From Candidatus Hermodarchaeota archaeon (lineage in GTDB: Archaea > Asgardarchaeota > Heimdallarchaeia > Hodarchaeales > Hodarchaeaceae), in assembly GCA_048886185.1 (NCBI GenBank), contig JBHLKY010000002.1, positions 202,359 to 234,358 of the forward strand: a stretch of 32,000 bases of DNA. The letters are read 5' to 3'. Shown here piece after piece: positions 17,140 through 25,468 of this stretch (position 1 is the first letter of the stretch; each line of letters starts with the position of its first letter). Below the pieces are notes generated by a model. The model was not told the origin of the DNA, did not search any database, and saw only the letters and a program-made list of their open reading frames with translations. Both the position numbers and the translations under genes were made by a program.

Positions 17140-18030
17140 TTGAAAATGGATGAAAAAGATATCAAATCACTTGTTGCTATACTTATAATAATATTCATTG
17201 CTGCATGTCTTGCCCTCATTGGTAGCCAGGGAGGCGTTACTGTTCTCGATGGAATACCAGTATTCGCATTTGCAGTAGCTATTGCCTTTATAATTCAATG
17301 GATCGCTTTCATCCCTGCGTATATCAAAAGAACAGAGAAATTCTTTGATCTGACTGGCTTTTTAACTTACAGCATCGTTATTATTCTATCGGTTGTTTTG
17401 AGTCCTGAAATCAATACACGGTCTATTTTGTTAATGTTATTAGTCTTGATCTGGGCGATTCGCCTTGGAATATTCTTGTTTCAGAGAATTCTAAAAGAGG
17501 GCAAGGATAAACGATTCAAGGAGATTAAACAAAATGCTTACCATTTTCTATTGGCTTGGACACTCCAAGGTTTATGGGTTAGCTTTACATTGGCAGCGGC
17601 TTTAGCTGCAATAACAGCAGGGCAGAACGAGGAATTTGATATTTTTGGTTTAATTGGTCTTTTAGTTTGGATCAGTGGTTTTGGATTTGAAGCTATTGCA
17701 GATTATCAGAAAAGTAAATTCAAATCTAAATCTGAGAACAAAGGAAAATTCATTGCTAGTGGATTGTGGTCAATATCACGACATCCAAATTATTTTGGAG
17801 AGATCATCCTTTGGATAGGTATCGCAGTTATTGCACTTCCAACACTTCAAGGTTGGAGATGGATGACATTAATTTCTCCTGTTTTTGTTACATTACTATT
17901 GACTAGAGTTAGTGGTATTCCGCTACTTGAGAAACATGCAGATGAAAAGTGGGGTGGTCAAGAGGAATACGAACAATACAAAAAAAAGACACCAGTACTA
18001 ATCCCAAGACCATTCTTGCTAAAAAAATGA
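17140..18030 (+). CDS. DUF1295 family membrane protein (steroid 5-alpha-reductase-like)
   Basis: EKFFDLTG, IWAIRLG.FLF.RI...G.DKRF, AW.LQG.W, E.IAD.QK..F, GLWS.SRHPNYFGE, SGIP.LE, Y..Y...TP. Confidence 0.9.
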   Translation: MKMDEKDIKSLVAILIIIFIAACLALIGSQGGVTVLDGIPVFAFAVAIAFIIQWIAFIPAYIKRTEKFFDLTGFLTYSIVIILSVVLSPEINTRSILLMLLVLIWAIRLGIFLFQRILKEGKDKRFKEIKQNAYHFLLAWTLQGLWVSFTLAAALAAITAGQNEEFDIFGLIGLLVWISGFGFEAIADYQKSKFKSKSENKGKFIASGLWSISRHPNYFGEIILWIGIAVIALPTLQGWRWMTLISPVFVTLLLTRVSGIPLLEKHADEKWGGQEEYEQYKKKTPVLIPRPFLLKK

Positions 18031-18379
18031 ATAAACTACCTTATAAACTCTAAGAACTGAACTCTATTATAAATAAGAAAAACTAGTAATTACAGAGCTA
18101 ACTATGGACTGTCATCAGTTTGTACTCCATTGGGATCTGCGTAAGATTATTTAACCTTTTGAATTATTATTATGAAGAATAGTGAGAGCAAAGAAATCTT
18201 TATAAATCCCAACGACTGGTTTGAATTACGATTACAACCCGGTTTCATCTTTTATTATGAAATTTTTCTCAAAAACTCTTCTAAGACCTTCATTTAATTA
18301 AATCCATTTTAACACCAAGATACACAATCAAGAAAGTAGATAAGATCATTTAAATGAAAAGAAATTTATGGCTCTGGGA

Positions 18380-18916
18380 TTAAATATTTGACAGTGTATT
18401 AAGAAGCTCGTCAGTACCCATTAAATCTGCGAAGTAGCTACCAAGAACAGTGTTATGATGTTTTATTATTTGCTTTGCTGAAAAATGCTTAGAATGCCAT
18501 GTGCTGTGACAGTCCTTTACAAGTGTTACATCATACCCCAAGCTGTAAGCTCGTCTTACAGTCGTATCAATACAGTATTCTGTTTGAAGACCAATTACTA
18601 TGACTTTTTTCACGTTCATTGATTTCAATAATTCATCCAAATTCGTTTGGTGAAATGAATCAGGTGTTGTCTTCTGAAGAACAGGCTCCTTGTGATTTGG
18701 TCTAACCTTTGGATGAATTTCCCATCCTTCAGATCCAGATTCATCTGGATCACCCTTTTCACCCATATTTTGAATATAAATGACTTTGTGTCCCATTTTT
18801 CTGGCTTTATTTAGAATTTTTTTAGCATTCTCAAGTAATAGATCACCTTGGAATATTGGAGGTGATCCAACGAAATTTCCAACCTGTAAATCGATGATTA
18901 TTAGTGCTACAGTCAT
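18380..18916 (-). CDS. Cysteine hydrolase (isochorismatase/nicotinamidase family)
   Basis: Asp-Lys-Cys triad in IIDLQ, LQKT.PDSF..T.L and GLQTEYCIDTT. Confidence 0.92.
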   Translation of the reverse strand: MTVALIIIDLQVGNFVGSPPIFQGDLLLENAKKILNKARKMGHKVIYIQNMGEKGDPDESGSEGWEIHPKVRPNHKEPVLQKTTPDSFHQTNLDELLKSMNVKKVIVIGLQTEYCIDTTVRRAYSLGYDVTLVKDCHSTWHSKHFSAKQIIKHHNTVLGSYFADLMGTDELLNTLSNI

Positions 18917-19001
18917 GAGATCATTTCTCTCCTTGATATTATATTTAAAAAAGAAGTTAAGACTCTTTCTTATATTGTTTTCAAGGATAATGCATGATAC
19001 C

Positions 19002-19655
19002 TTATGACTCTTTCTTCCATAGATATTCTATGTAATTAGCAGTATTACACGCAACTTCTTCCCCAACAAGTTCAGAAACTAAAAATAGACTCATATCAAT
19101 CCCAGCTGCTACTCCAGCAGAAATCACAATCTTTCCTTGTCCTGTGACAACAAATCGTTTACCTTGCATTACATGGACCTTAGGATAGGTTTTTCTCATC
19201 CGTTCGATACTTGCCCAGTGAGTTGTAGACTCAAAACCGTCTAATAGACCAGCCTCGGCGAGAAGAAAACTCCCTGTGCATACACTCGCCATCAACTGAA
19301 CTTTTTCCCATTGAGTCCTCAACCATTCAATTAAAACAAAGTTTTTTACTTCTTTTCGGGTTCCCCATCCTCCTGGAACCAAGACAAGATCAAATTTCGG
19401 ATGATTATTAAAATCATAATCTGTATCAACTTTTAGGTCACCACGACATTTTATTAGGCCACCATTTTCAGATATTAGCCTAACAGAAAAAGGGCATTTA
19501 TCAGTTCGCTGATTTTTTGTATCCAAGAATCTAGCAACAGAGAAAACCTCAAAAGGTCCACAAAAATCTAAAACCTCAACTTGTTCAAACACTAGAATCC
19601 CTACAATCCATGGAATATTTTCACGAGGTAATTTTATCACGTTTAAGCTTTTCAA
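19002..19655 (-). CDS. DJ-1/PfpI (ThiJ/InhA-like) family protein
   Basis: EVLDFCGPFEVF, LVPGG.G, nucleophile SVCTGSFLLAEAGLLDG..TTHW, SAGVAAGIDM. Confidence 0.92.
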   Translation of the reverse strand: MKSLNVIKLPRENIPWIVGILVFEQVEVLDFCGPFEVFSVARFLDTKNQRTDKCPFSVRLISENGGLIKCRGDLKVDTDYDFNNHPKFDLVLVPGGWGTRKEVKNFVLIEWLRTQWEKVQLMASVCTGSFLLAEAGLLDGFESTTHWASIERMRKTYPKVHVMQGKRFVVTGQGKIVISAGVAAGIDMSLFLVSELVGEEVACNTANYIEYLWKKES

Positions 19656-19685
19656 TAAACCATCTCAATCAATTGTTAGAGTGAC

Positions 19686-20900
19686 TTATTTATGCAATTT
19701 TAGATCTTTGCTAAAGAATAAAAAACTTATAATCAAGAAAAGCCCGAATAAAGTGGATAAACCACTTAGAATAAAGGCTGCATCTAAATTTGAAAAGAAA
19801 TCTGCAATAATACCAAATGTTATGGAACCAATCCCGAAACCTGTAGCTAATCCAGTACCAAATACCCCCATTGCTAACCCCCGCTCCTCACGTTTTGTGT
19901 CTACTGCAACGAGAGAGATTAACGAAGGATAGATGATACCAAAGCCAAATCCCGCGAAAAAAAGTGGAATTATTACAACGATTGGGTCTGTGATTACTGG
20001 TGTGATCATGATACCAACCCCAATGCAGGTTATCCCTAAAAACATGTTAAACCTATTGCCTATCAACCCAGTAATTCTTGCTGTCAATAAACGACTGAGT
20101 AGCGCACTAATATCTCGAAATGCCAACAATATCCCTATCTCCAATGAGAATAACCCTAATCCCCTAAGAAATAACGGATGGAAGGAAACCCCAACACTGT
20201 AGCTCAATGTCATCAGAAAAGATCCAAAAGTTGCTAATGCAACATTTCTCTTGTTACGAAAAAGGTAGATACCTTTAGAGTAACTTTCAAGAATCCCCTT
20301 CTTCTTCTGAATAAATACTTTATTAGGTTCCTGATCTCTTATTCTCTGATTTCTCCTCAAAAGAAGAAGAGTCGAAAAAAATCCTACCACAGCAAGGCAC
20401 GTGAAAGCCACGAAAACAGATTCATAATTAATATGATCAATTAGCATCCCAGCAATCGGGGGACCAGTCAATTGGCCTAATCCTGTGATCGCTAAATAAT
20501 GTCCCATAATCTGAGGCCTTTCACTCTCACTCCCTAATTCTGAGATATATGCGGGTTCTGTTACGCGAAATGACGCTGCTGTAAGTCCCCACAACATCTG
20601 CGCAGGTAGAAATAGAAGAACTTGTTTCATGACCATCCCTATGAAGAATGTCACTCCTGAAGCCAATCCAAGAATAAATGAAATACCATAAAAAAGTTCC
20701 CAACCAAACATGTCAGCACTTTCTCCCATTGGCATACGGAGTCCTGATTGAATTATTGCCCTTGTACTTGCTATTAATCCTACTAATGCTGTCGTAGCCC
20801 CCAAAGCACTAGCTGCTAATGGCACTGTTGGACTTAATAGACCTAACATGGTAGTATATATAGTACCAATACATATAATCAAGAAAAAATCCGTATTCAA
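19686..20900 (-). CDS. MFS transporter
   Basis: About 12 TM helices in two halves, P.G..AD..G motif A, GP..AG, ERGLAMG.F. TTG start. Confidence 0.9.
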   Translation of the reverse strand: MNTDFFLIICIGTIYTTMLGLLSPTVPLAASALGATTALVGLIASTRAIIQSGLRMPMGESADMFGWELFYGISFILGLASGVTFFIGMVMKQVLLFLPAQMLWGLTAASFRVTEPAYISELGSESERPQIMGHYLAITGLGQLTGPPIAGMLIDHINYESVFVAFTCLAVVGFFSTLLLLRRNQRIRDQEPNKVFIQKKKGILESYSKGIYLFRNKRNVALATFGSFLMTLSYSVGVSFHPLFLRGLGLFSLEIGILLAFRDISALLSRLLTARITGLIGNRFNMFLGITCIGVGIMITPVITDPIVVIIPLFFAGFGFGIIYPSLISLVAVDTKREERGLAMGVFGTGLATGFGIGSITFGIIADFFSNLDAAFILSGLSTLFGLFLIISFLFFSKDLKLHK

Positions 20901-20980
20901 CCTTTATTATTTCCTCTCTAGTATTTTTCCAATAAAAGGTTACAATTTCTCTTAAATTCCGATATAGACTGCTCAGTAAC

Positions 20981-22033
20981 TTAACCAATAACTTTTTTCA
21001 TGATATTCAACGCATTTCCGCTCAGGATTTTTTCTATTTCTTGATCACTATAACCTCTGGAAACTAAACCTCGGGTAATATTGGGCCATTCTTCGGGACT
21101 TTCGATGCCTGCCATATATGGGGCATTTAATTCTTGCCCTGTACGCTCCAGAAAGAAAACGGTTCTAGCTGCTTGACGATGATATTCGACTTGATCCTCA
21201 AAAACATTATCTAATCCTATTGCACATTTGTCGTTTCCTATTAAATCTACAATGTAGTCAACATGATTTAATAGGTCATCAATCCCTTGTTCAGGTTTAT
21301 TACTCAGCTGATTGGGAATAGCAGAGACACCAGCGATTCCCCCCTTCTCTGCTAAGGCTTTGAGCTCTTCATCGGTCTTTAAGCGCTTACATTGTGGATG
21401 AAGGGCCCTTGCTCCGACATGGTTGGCGATTACGGGATCCTTGGATGACTCAATTGTATCAAGGGTGGTCTGGACACCCACATGAGAAAGATCGATCAAC
21501 ATCCCAACTTTATTCATCCGTTCGACCAAATCGATCCCAAAGTAAGACAATCCTTGGTTGGTACGTTCCCCACACCCGTCACCAACGTACGTTCGTGTAT
21601 TGAATGTAAGTAAAGCCATCCGGATTCCAAGTCCATAAGCGACATCTATATTATCAAGGTCTTTTCCAAACGTCTGAGGTTCAAGCTGAAACATGGTGGC
21701 TATTTTTCCCTCCTGTTTTGCGCGTCTAAAGTCCTCAGACTTGAATGCAGGCATAAAATCTGGATGTTTGATTACACGTTGTATCAAGTATCCTAGTTCA
21801 TCCATTGATTTCTGAAAGTATTCATGAATTGCTGCAATAGCCTCTACAAATCCTGTTACACCAGAGTTCTTGATTCTAGGCACAATGAAGTCTTCATCAG
21901 GCAGAATGTGTGAATGAAGGTCAATTGTAATGATCTTTTTGTGTAGCTCATCAGCTCGTTCTTCATCTACTTTATCAAGTTTAATAAAACGTTCTTTGAG
22001 AGGTAACTTCAAATATTCTTCAAGTGGGAGCAT
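20981..22033 (-). CDS. Membrane dipeptidase (M19) family amidohydrolase, copy 1 (subtype A)
   Basis: DLHSH, QLEP, LTFN, GLSYFG..LVERMN..GMLIDLSH, NH, GLDN, GY....I.KI..GN. Start set at ATG 22033 (MLPLEEY) by alignment with the paralogs; the track's 22105 start overlaps copy 2. Confidence 0.88.
   Translation of the reverse strand: MLPLEEYLKLPLKERFIKLDKVDEERADELHKKIITIDLHSHILPDEDFIVPRIKNSGVTGFVEAIAAIHEYFQKSMDELGYLIQRVIKHPDFMPAFKSEDFRRAKQEGKIATMFQLEPQTFGKDLDNIDVAYGLGIRMALLTFNTRTYVGDGCGERTNQGLSYFGIDLVERMNKVGMLIDLSHVGVQTTLDTIESSKDPVIANHVGARALHPQCKRLKTDEELKALAEKGGIAGVSAIPNQLSNKPEQGIDDLLNHVDYIVDLIGNDKCAIGLDNVFEDQVEYHRQAARTVFFLERTGQELNAPYMAGIESPEEWPNITRGLVSRGYSDQEIEKILSGNALNIMKKVIG
21361..21553. repeat. 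Near-identical tract shared with 23571-23763 (8 mismatches in 193 nt)
   Basis: Manual alignment at offset 2210 nt. Confidence 0.9.
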
Positions 22034-22085
22034 ATTATACCTTCCTATAAAATTGAATGGAGTGAGAGGAAACCGAATTCTCTCA

Positions 22086-23162
22086 CTACCCAATGACTCT
22101 CTCAATTATTTTCATTGCATTCACCCCGATAATCTTCCGAATCTCTTCATCAGAGTATCCTTCGGACACTAAACCACGAACTATATTTTTCCATTCATGT
22201 GGACCTTCAATACCAAATAGATAATCACCTTTTAGCTGTATTCCAGATTTTTCGAAATTTCTAGAAGCTGCCATCCTTCTGTGCCCAGCTACTTGGTCAC
22301 GAAATACATTATCCAAACCGATAGCAACGTGGTCGATTCCAACAAGGTTGATACAATAGTTGATGTGCTTGAGATGATCTTCAATTCCTTGATCTACGTC
22401 GAAAGAAAGTTGATTAGGAATAGCACTTATTCCTATTAGCCCTTTTTTCTCGGCAACAGCTTGTAATTCCTCATCATTTCGTAACCGTTTGCAAGGTGGA
22501 TTCAAAGCTCGTGCTCCTGCGTGGTTAAAGACACATGGCTCTTTTGAATGTTCAATTGCGTCCAAAGATGTCTGGATCCCAGAGTGACTTAAATCAATGA
22601 GCATCCCAATTTTATTCATACGTTCAACGAGTTCAAGCCCTAAATAACTAAGACCTGCATTGGTTCTCTCTGCAATACCATCACCGATATAGTTTCTAGT
22701 GTTGAAAGACAGCAAAGCCATTCTTATTCCAAGTCCATAAGCGATCTCCACCCTATCAAGATTCCTACCAAACGTGTTCGGCTCTAATTGAAAAAGTACA
22801 GCTTGTTGGCTATTTTCTTTTGCTTTTCTTATATCATCTGCTTTAAAGGCTGGCACTAGACTTGGTTCTTTCTCAGTAATTGCGAGATACTTGCCTAGAA
22901 TGTCCATAGATTCAGTGAAATTCTCTGAAAGTGTTGGGACTGCTTCAAAACAACCTTCGACACCCATTTGATGGGTGAGATTAAGTTTTTGCTCGTTCCA
23001 CTCGAATATCACTGATCCGAATATATGAGTATGTAAATCGACCTTTAATGACTTTTTAAAGAGTTCCTCTGCTCGCTCTGATTCTGATGAGCTTAATTTT
23101 ACGTACTTTTCTTCTTCTGAAAGTGCTAAATACTGCTCGCGACTAAAACCTCGGTTTGTCAT
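22086..23162 (-). CDS. Membrane dipeptidase (M19) family amidohydrolase, copy 2 (subtype B)
   Basis: DLHTHIFGS, FEAVP, QLEP, LSFN, DLSH, FNH, GLDN. Probable ATG 23162 after GGTGG (track start 23177). Confidence 0.88.
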   Translation of the reverse strand: MTNRGFSREQYLALSEEEKYVKLSSSESERAEELFKKSLKVDLHTHIFGSVIFEWNEQKLNLTHQMGVEGCFEAVPTLSENFTESMDILGKYLAITEKEPSLVPAFKADDIRKAKENSQQAVLFQLEPNTFGRNLDRVEIAYGLGIRMALLSFNTRNYIGDGIAERTNAGLSYLGLELVERMNKIGMLIDLSHSGIQTSLDAIEHSKEPCVFNHAGARALNPPCKRLRNDEELQAVAEKKGLIGISAIPNQLSFDVDQGIEDHLKHINYCINLVGIDHVAIGLDNVFRDQVAGHRRMAASRNFEKSGIQLKGDYLFGIEGPHEWKNIVRGLVSEGYSDEEIRKIIGVNAMKIIERVIG

Positions 23163-23190
23163 TAGATGTATTACCACCTTTTTGTGATCG

Positions 23191-24246
23191 CTACCCTACC
23201 ACTCTTTCTAATATAGAAAGAGCGTTTCCTGATAGAATTTTCTCAATTTCATTGTCATTGTACCCTCTTTGAACTAGTCCACGAGTAATATTCTGAAATT
23301 CCTCTGGATTTTCAATTCCATACATATACGGAGCGTTCAATCCTTGCCCAATATATGAAAGTTTGAATATTGTTCTAGCAGCTTCGCGATGGAATCCAAC
23401 TTGATCCCCAAACGTGTTATCAAGTCCAATGGCAACATTATTAATACCAATTAAGTTCACCATATAGTCTAGATGGTCAAGAAAAGTCTCGATCCCCTGT
23501 TCTTCCTCACTACTGAGTTGATTGGGAATAGCAGAGACTCCAGCGATCCCTCCCTTCTCTGCCAGAGCTTTGAGCTCTTCATCGGTCTTTAAGCGTTTAC
23601 ATTGCGGATGAAGGGCCCTTGCTCCGACATGGTTGGCAATTACGGGATCCTTGGATGTCTCAATTGTATCAAGGGTGGTCTGGACTCCCACATGAGAAAG
23701 ATCGATCAACATCCCGACTTTATTCATCCGTTCGACCAGATCGACCCCAAAGTAAGACAATCCTTCATTAGTTCGTTCCCCACACCCGTCACCTGCATAT
23801 GTTCGTGTATTGAAAGTAAGCAAAGCCATTCGAATTCCAAATCCATAGGCAATATCCACATTGTCTAGGTTTTTACCAAAGGTTTGAGGTTCGAGTTGAA
23901 ATAGTACAGCCATTTTTCCCTCCTTTTTGGCGCGTCTAAAGTCCGCAACTTTGAATGCAGGCATGAAATCTGGATGATTATGCACTCTTTTTAAGAAAGA
24001 TCCTAAAGTTTCCATAGACTCTTGAAAATTTTCAGCAACACCAGCAACAGCTTCAAACCAGCCACAGACACCTGAATTTTTGATACGATCAACGATGAAA
24101 TACCTATCCATTAAAATATGAGAATGCATGTCAATAGAAATCAGCTTCTCATGTAATTCTTCAGCTCTTTCTTCCTCTGCTTTGTCTAGCTTAATAAAGC
24201 GCTCCTTTAAAGGTAATTTCAAATATTCTTCTCTTGAAATCAACAT
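23191..24246 (-). CDS. Membrane dipeptidase (M19) family amidohydrolase, copy 3 (subtype A)
   Basis: DMHSH, QLEP, LTFN, DLSH, ANHVG, GLDN. GGAG RBS directly after the stop of copy 4. Confidence 0.9.
   Translation of the reverse strand: MLISREEYLKLPLKERFIKLDKAEEERAEELHEKLISIDMHSHILMDRYFIVDRIKNSGVCGWFEAVAGVAENFQESMETLGSFLKRVHNHPDFMPAFKVADFRRAKKEGKMAVLFQLEPQTFGKNLDNVDIAYGFGIRMALLTFNTRTYAGDGCGERTNEGLSYFGVDLVERMNKVGMLIDLSHVGVQTTLDTIETSKDPVIANHVGARALHPQCKRLKTDEELKALAEKGGIAGVSAIPNQLSSEEEQGIETFLDHLDYMVNLIGINNVAIGLDNTFGDQVGFHREAARTIFKLSYIGQGLNAPYMYGIENPEEFQNITRGLVQRGYNDNEIEKILSGNALSILERVVG
23571..23763. repeat. Second copy of the near-identical tract (see 21361-21553)
   Basis: Manual alignment. Confidence 0.9.
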
Positions 24247-24255
24247 TAACTCTCC

Positions 24256-25326
24256 TTAACCAACTACTTGCTCAATTATACGAAGTGCATTTCCACCAAT
24301 TATTTTTTGAACCTCTTCGTCACTAAATCCCCTTTTAACTAAACCCCGAATAATATTAGGCCAATCACTAGGGGACTCTAAACCGTAAATATAATCCGCT
24401 GCAAGTATTATTCCAGCACGTTCTAGATTAACAGTCTTTTCAGCAGCCAATTTTCTATGAAAGGCCACTTGATCATGAAACGTATTATCCAAGCCTATCC
24501 CTACATGATCAACACCTACTAGATTAGCTACGTACTCAATATGATTTATATGATCGTCAATACTCTGTTCTGGTTCACAAGAGAGTTGATTGGGAATAGC
24601 GGAGACTCCAAAAACTCCACCTTTCTCTGCTAACGCTTTTATTTCATCGTCTTTTCTCAAACGCCCAACTGGCTCGTTTAGCGTACGTGCTCCGCTGTGA
24701 TTGAAAAGGCAGGGATCTTTCGAGTGTTCAATTGCATCCAGAGCAGTCTGGACTCCACAATGGCTCAAATCGATCAGGATTCCCGTCTTGTTTAAGCGTT
24801 CGACAAGTTCCAACCCCAAATAGCTGAGTCCCGCGTTTGTTTTTTCCGCGCAGCCGTCCCCTATGTATGTTCGAGTATTGAAGGTGAGTAAGATCATCCG
24901 AAACCCGAGGCCATAGGCTACTTCGACAAGATCCAGATTTCTTCTTCCACTCCAGGGCTCTAATTGATACAGTACGGCCTGTTTGCCCTCTAACTTTGCT
25001 TTTTTGATGTCACTGGCCGTATATGCTGAGACAAATCCAGGTTCTTTTTCGACAATATTTTTGTAGGTTCCCAAAATAGCTGTGGTCTCAGCAAAGTCTT
25101 CATTCAAGCACGGAACAGCTTCGAAGCATCCATTAATCCCACTACTTTGGACTTGTTCTCTTATGTCTGAATTCCATTCAAAATGAATGGAGCCAAAAAT
25201 ATGGGTATGCAAATCGATTTTTATGCTCTTCTCAAAGAGTTCGTTGGCTCTTTCTTTCTCAGAAGAGCTGAGTTGTACAAATCTCTCTTCAGGATCAAGA
25301 GAGAGATATTCGTCTCTCGATATCAA
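24256..25326 (-). CDS. Membrane dipeptidase (M19) family amidohydrolase, copy 4 (subtype B)
   Basis: DLHTHIFGS, FEAVP, QLEP, LTFN, DLSH, FNH, GLDN. TTG start after GAGG. Confidence 0.9.
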   Translation of the reverse strand: MISRDEYLSLDPEERFVQLSSSEKERANELFEKSIKIDLHTHIFGSIHFEWNSDIREQVQSSGINGCFEAVPCLNEDFAETTAILGTYKNIVEKEPGFVSAYTASDIKKAKLEGKQAVLYQLEPWSGRRNLDLVEVAYGLGFRMILLTFNTRTYIGDGCAEKTNAGLSYLGLELVERLNKTGILIDLSHCGVQTALDAIEHSKDPCLFNHSGARTLNEPVGRLRKDDEIKALAEKGGVFGVSAIPNQLSCEPEQSIDDHINHIEYVANLVGVDHVGIGLDNTFHDQVAFHRKLAAEKTVNLERAGIILAADYIYGLESPSDWPNIIRGLVKRGFSDEEVQKIIGGNALRIIEQVVG

Positions 25327-25468
25327 CCTTTAATACCTCGTATGTTAGAAATTGTTTTGAAAATGGTTATTTTTTATTTTTTCTAAAGTTTTTCCCTAAA
25401 CTTATTTTATAAACTGAAAGTATTGGCGGAAAGTTTTTTACTTATAGCAAGATCATAATACTGATCTC

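Noticed and set aside
18172-18297. 41-codon plus-strand ORF (MKNSESKEIF...) in the DUF1295/cysteine hydrolase gap
   Set aside because: No RBS or motif, and an ORF this long is expected by chance.
20981-25326. Mobile element or IS-mediated duplication as the cause of the repeats
   Set aside because: No transposase, integrase, terminal inverted repeats or target-site duplications were seen, and the repeats lie within coding paralogs.
18780-25386. Plus-strand ORFs 18780..19007, 19681..19932, 19933..20202, 21394..21603, 21930..22172, 23602..23868, 25183..25386
   Set aside because: They are antisense shadows. The similarity between 21394.. and 23602.. merely reflects the near-identical tract in the real genes.
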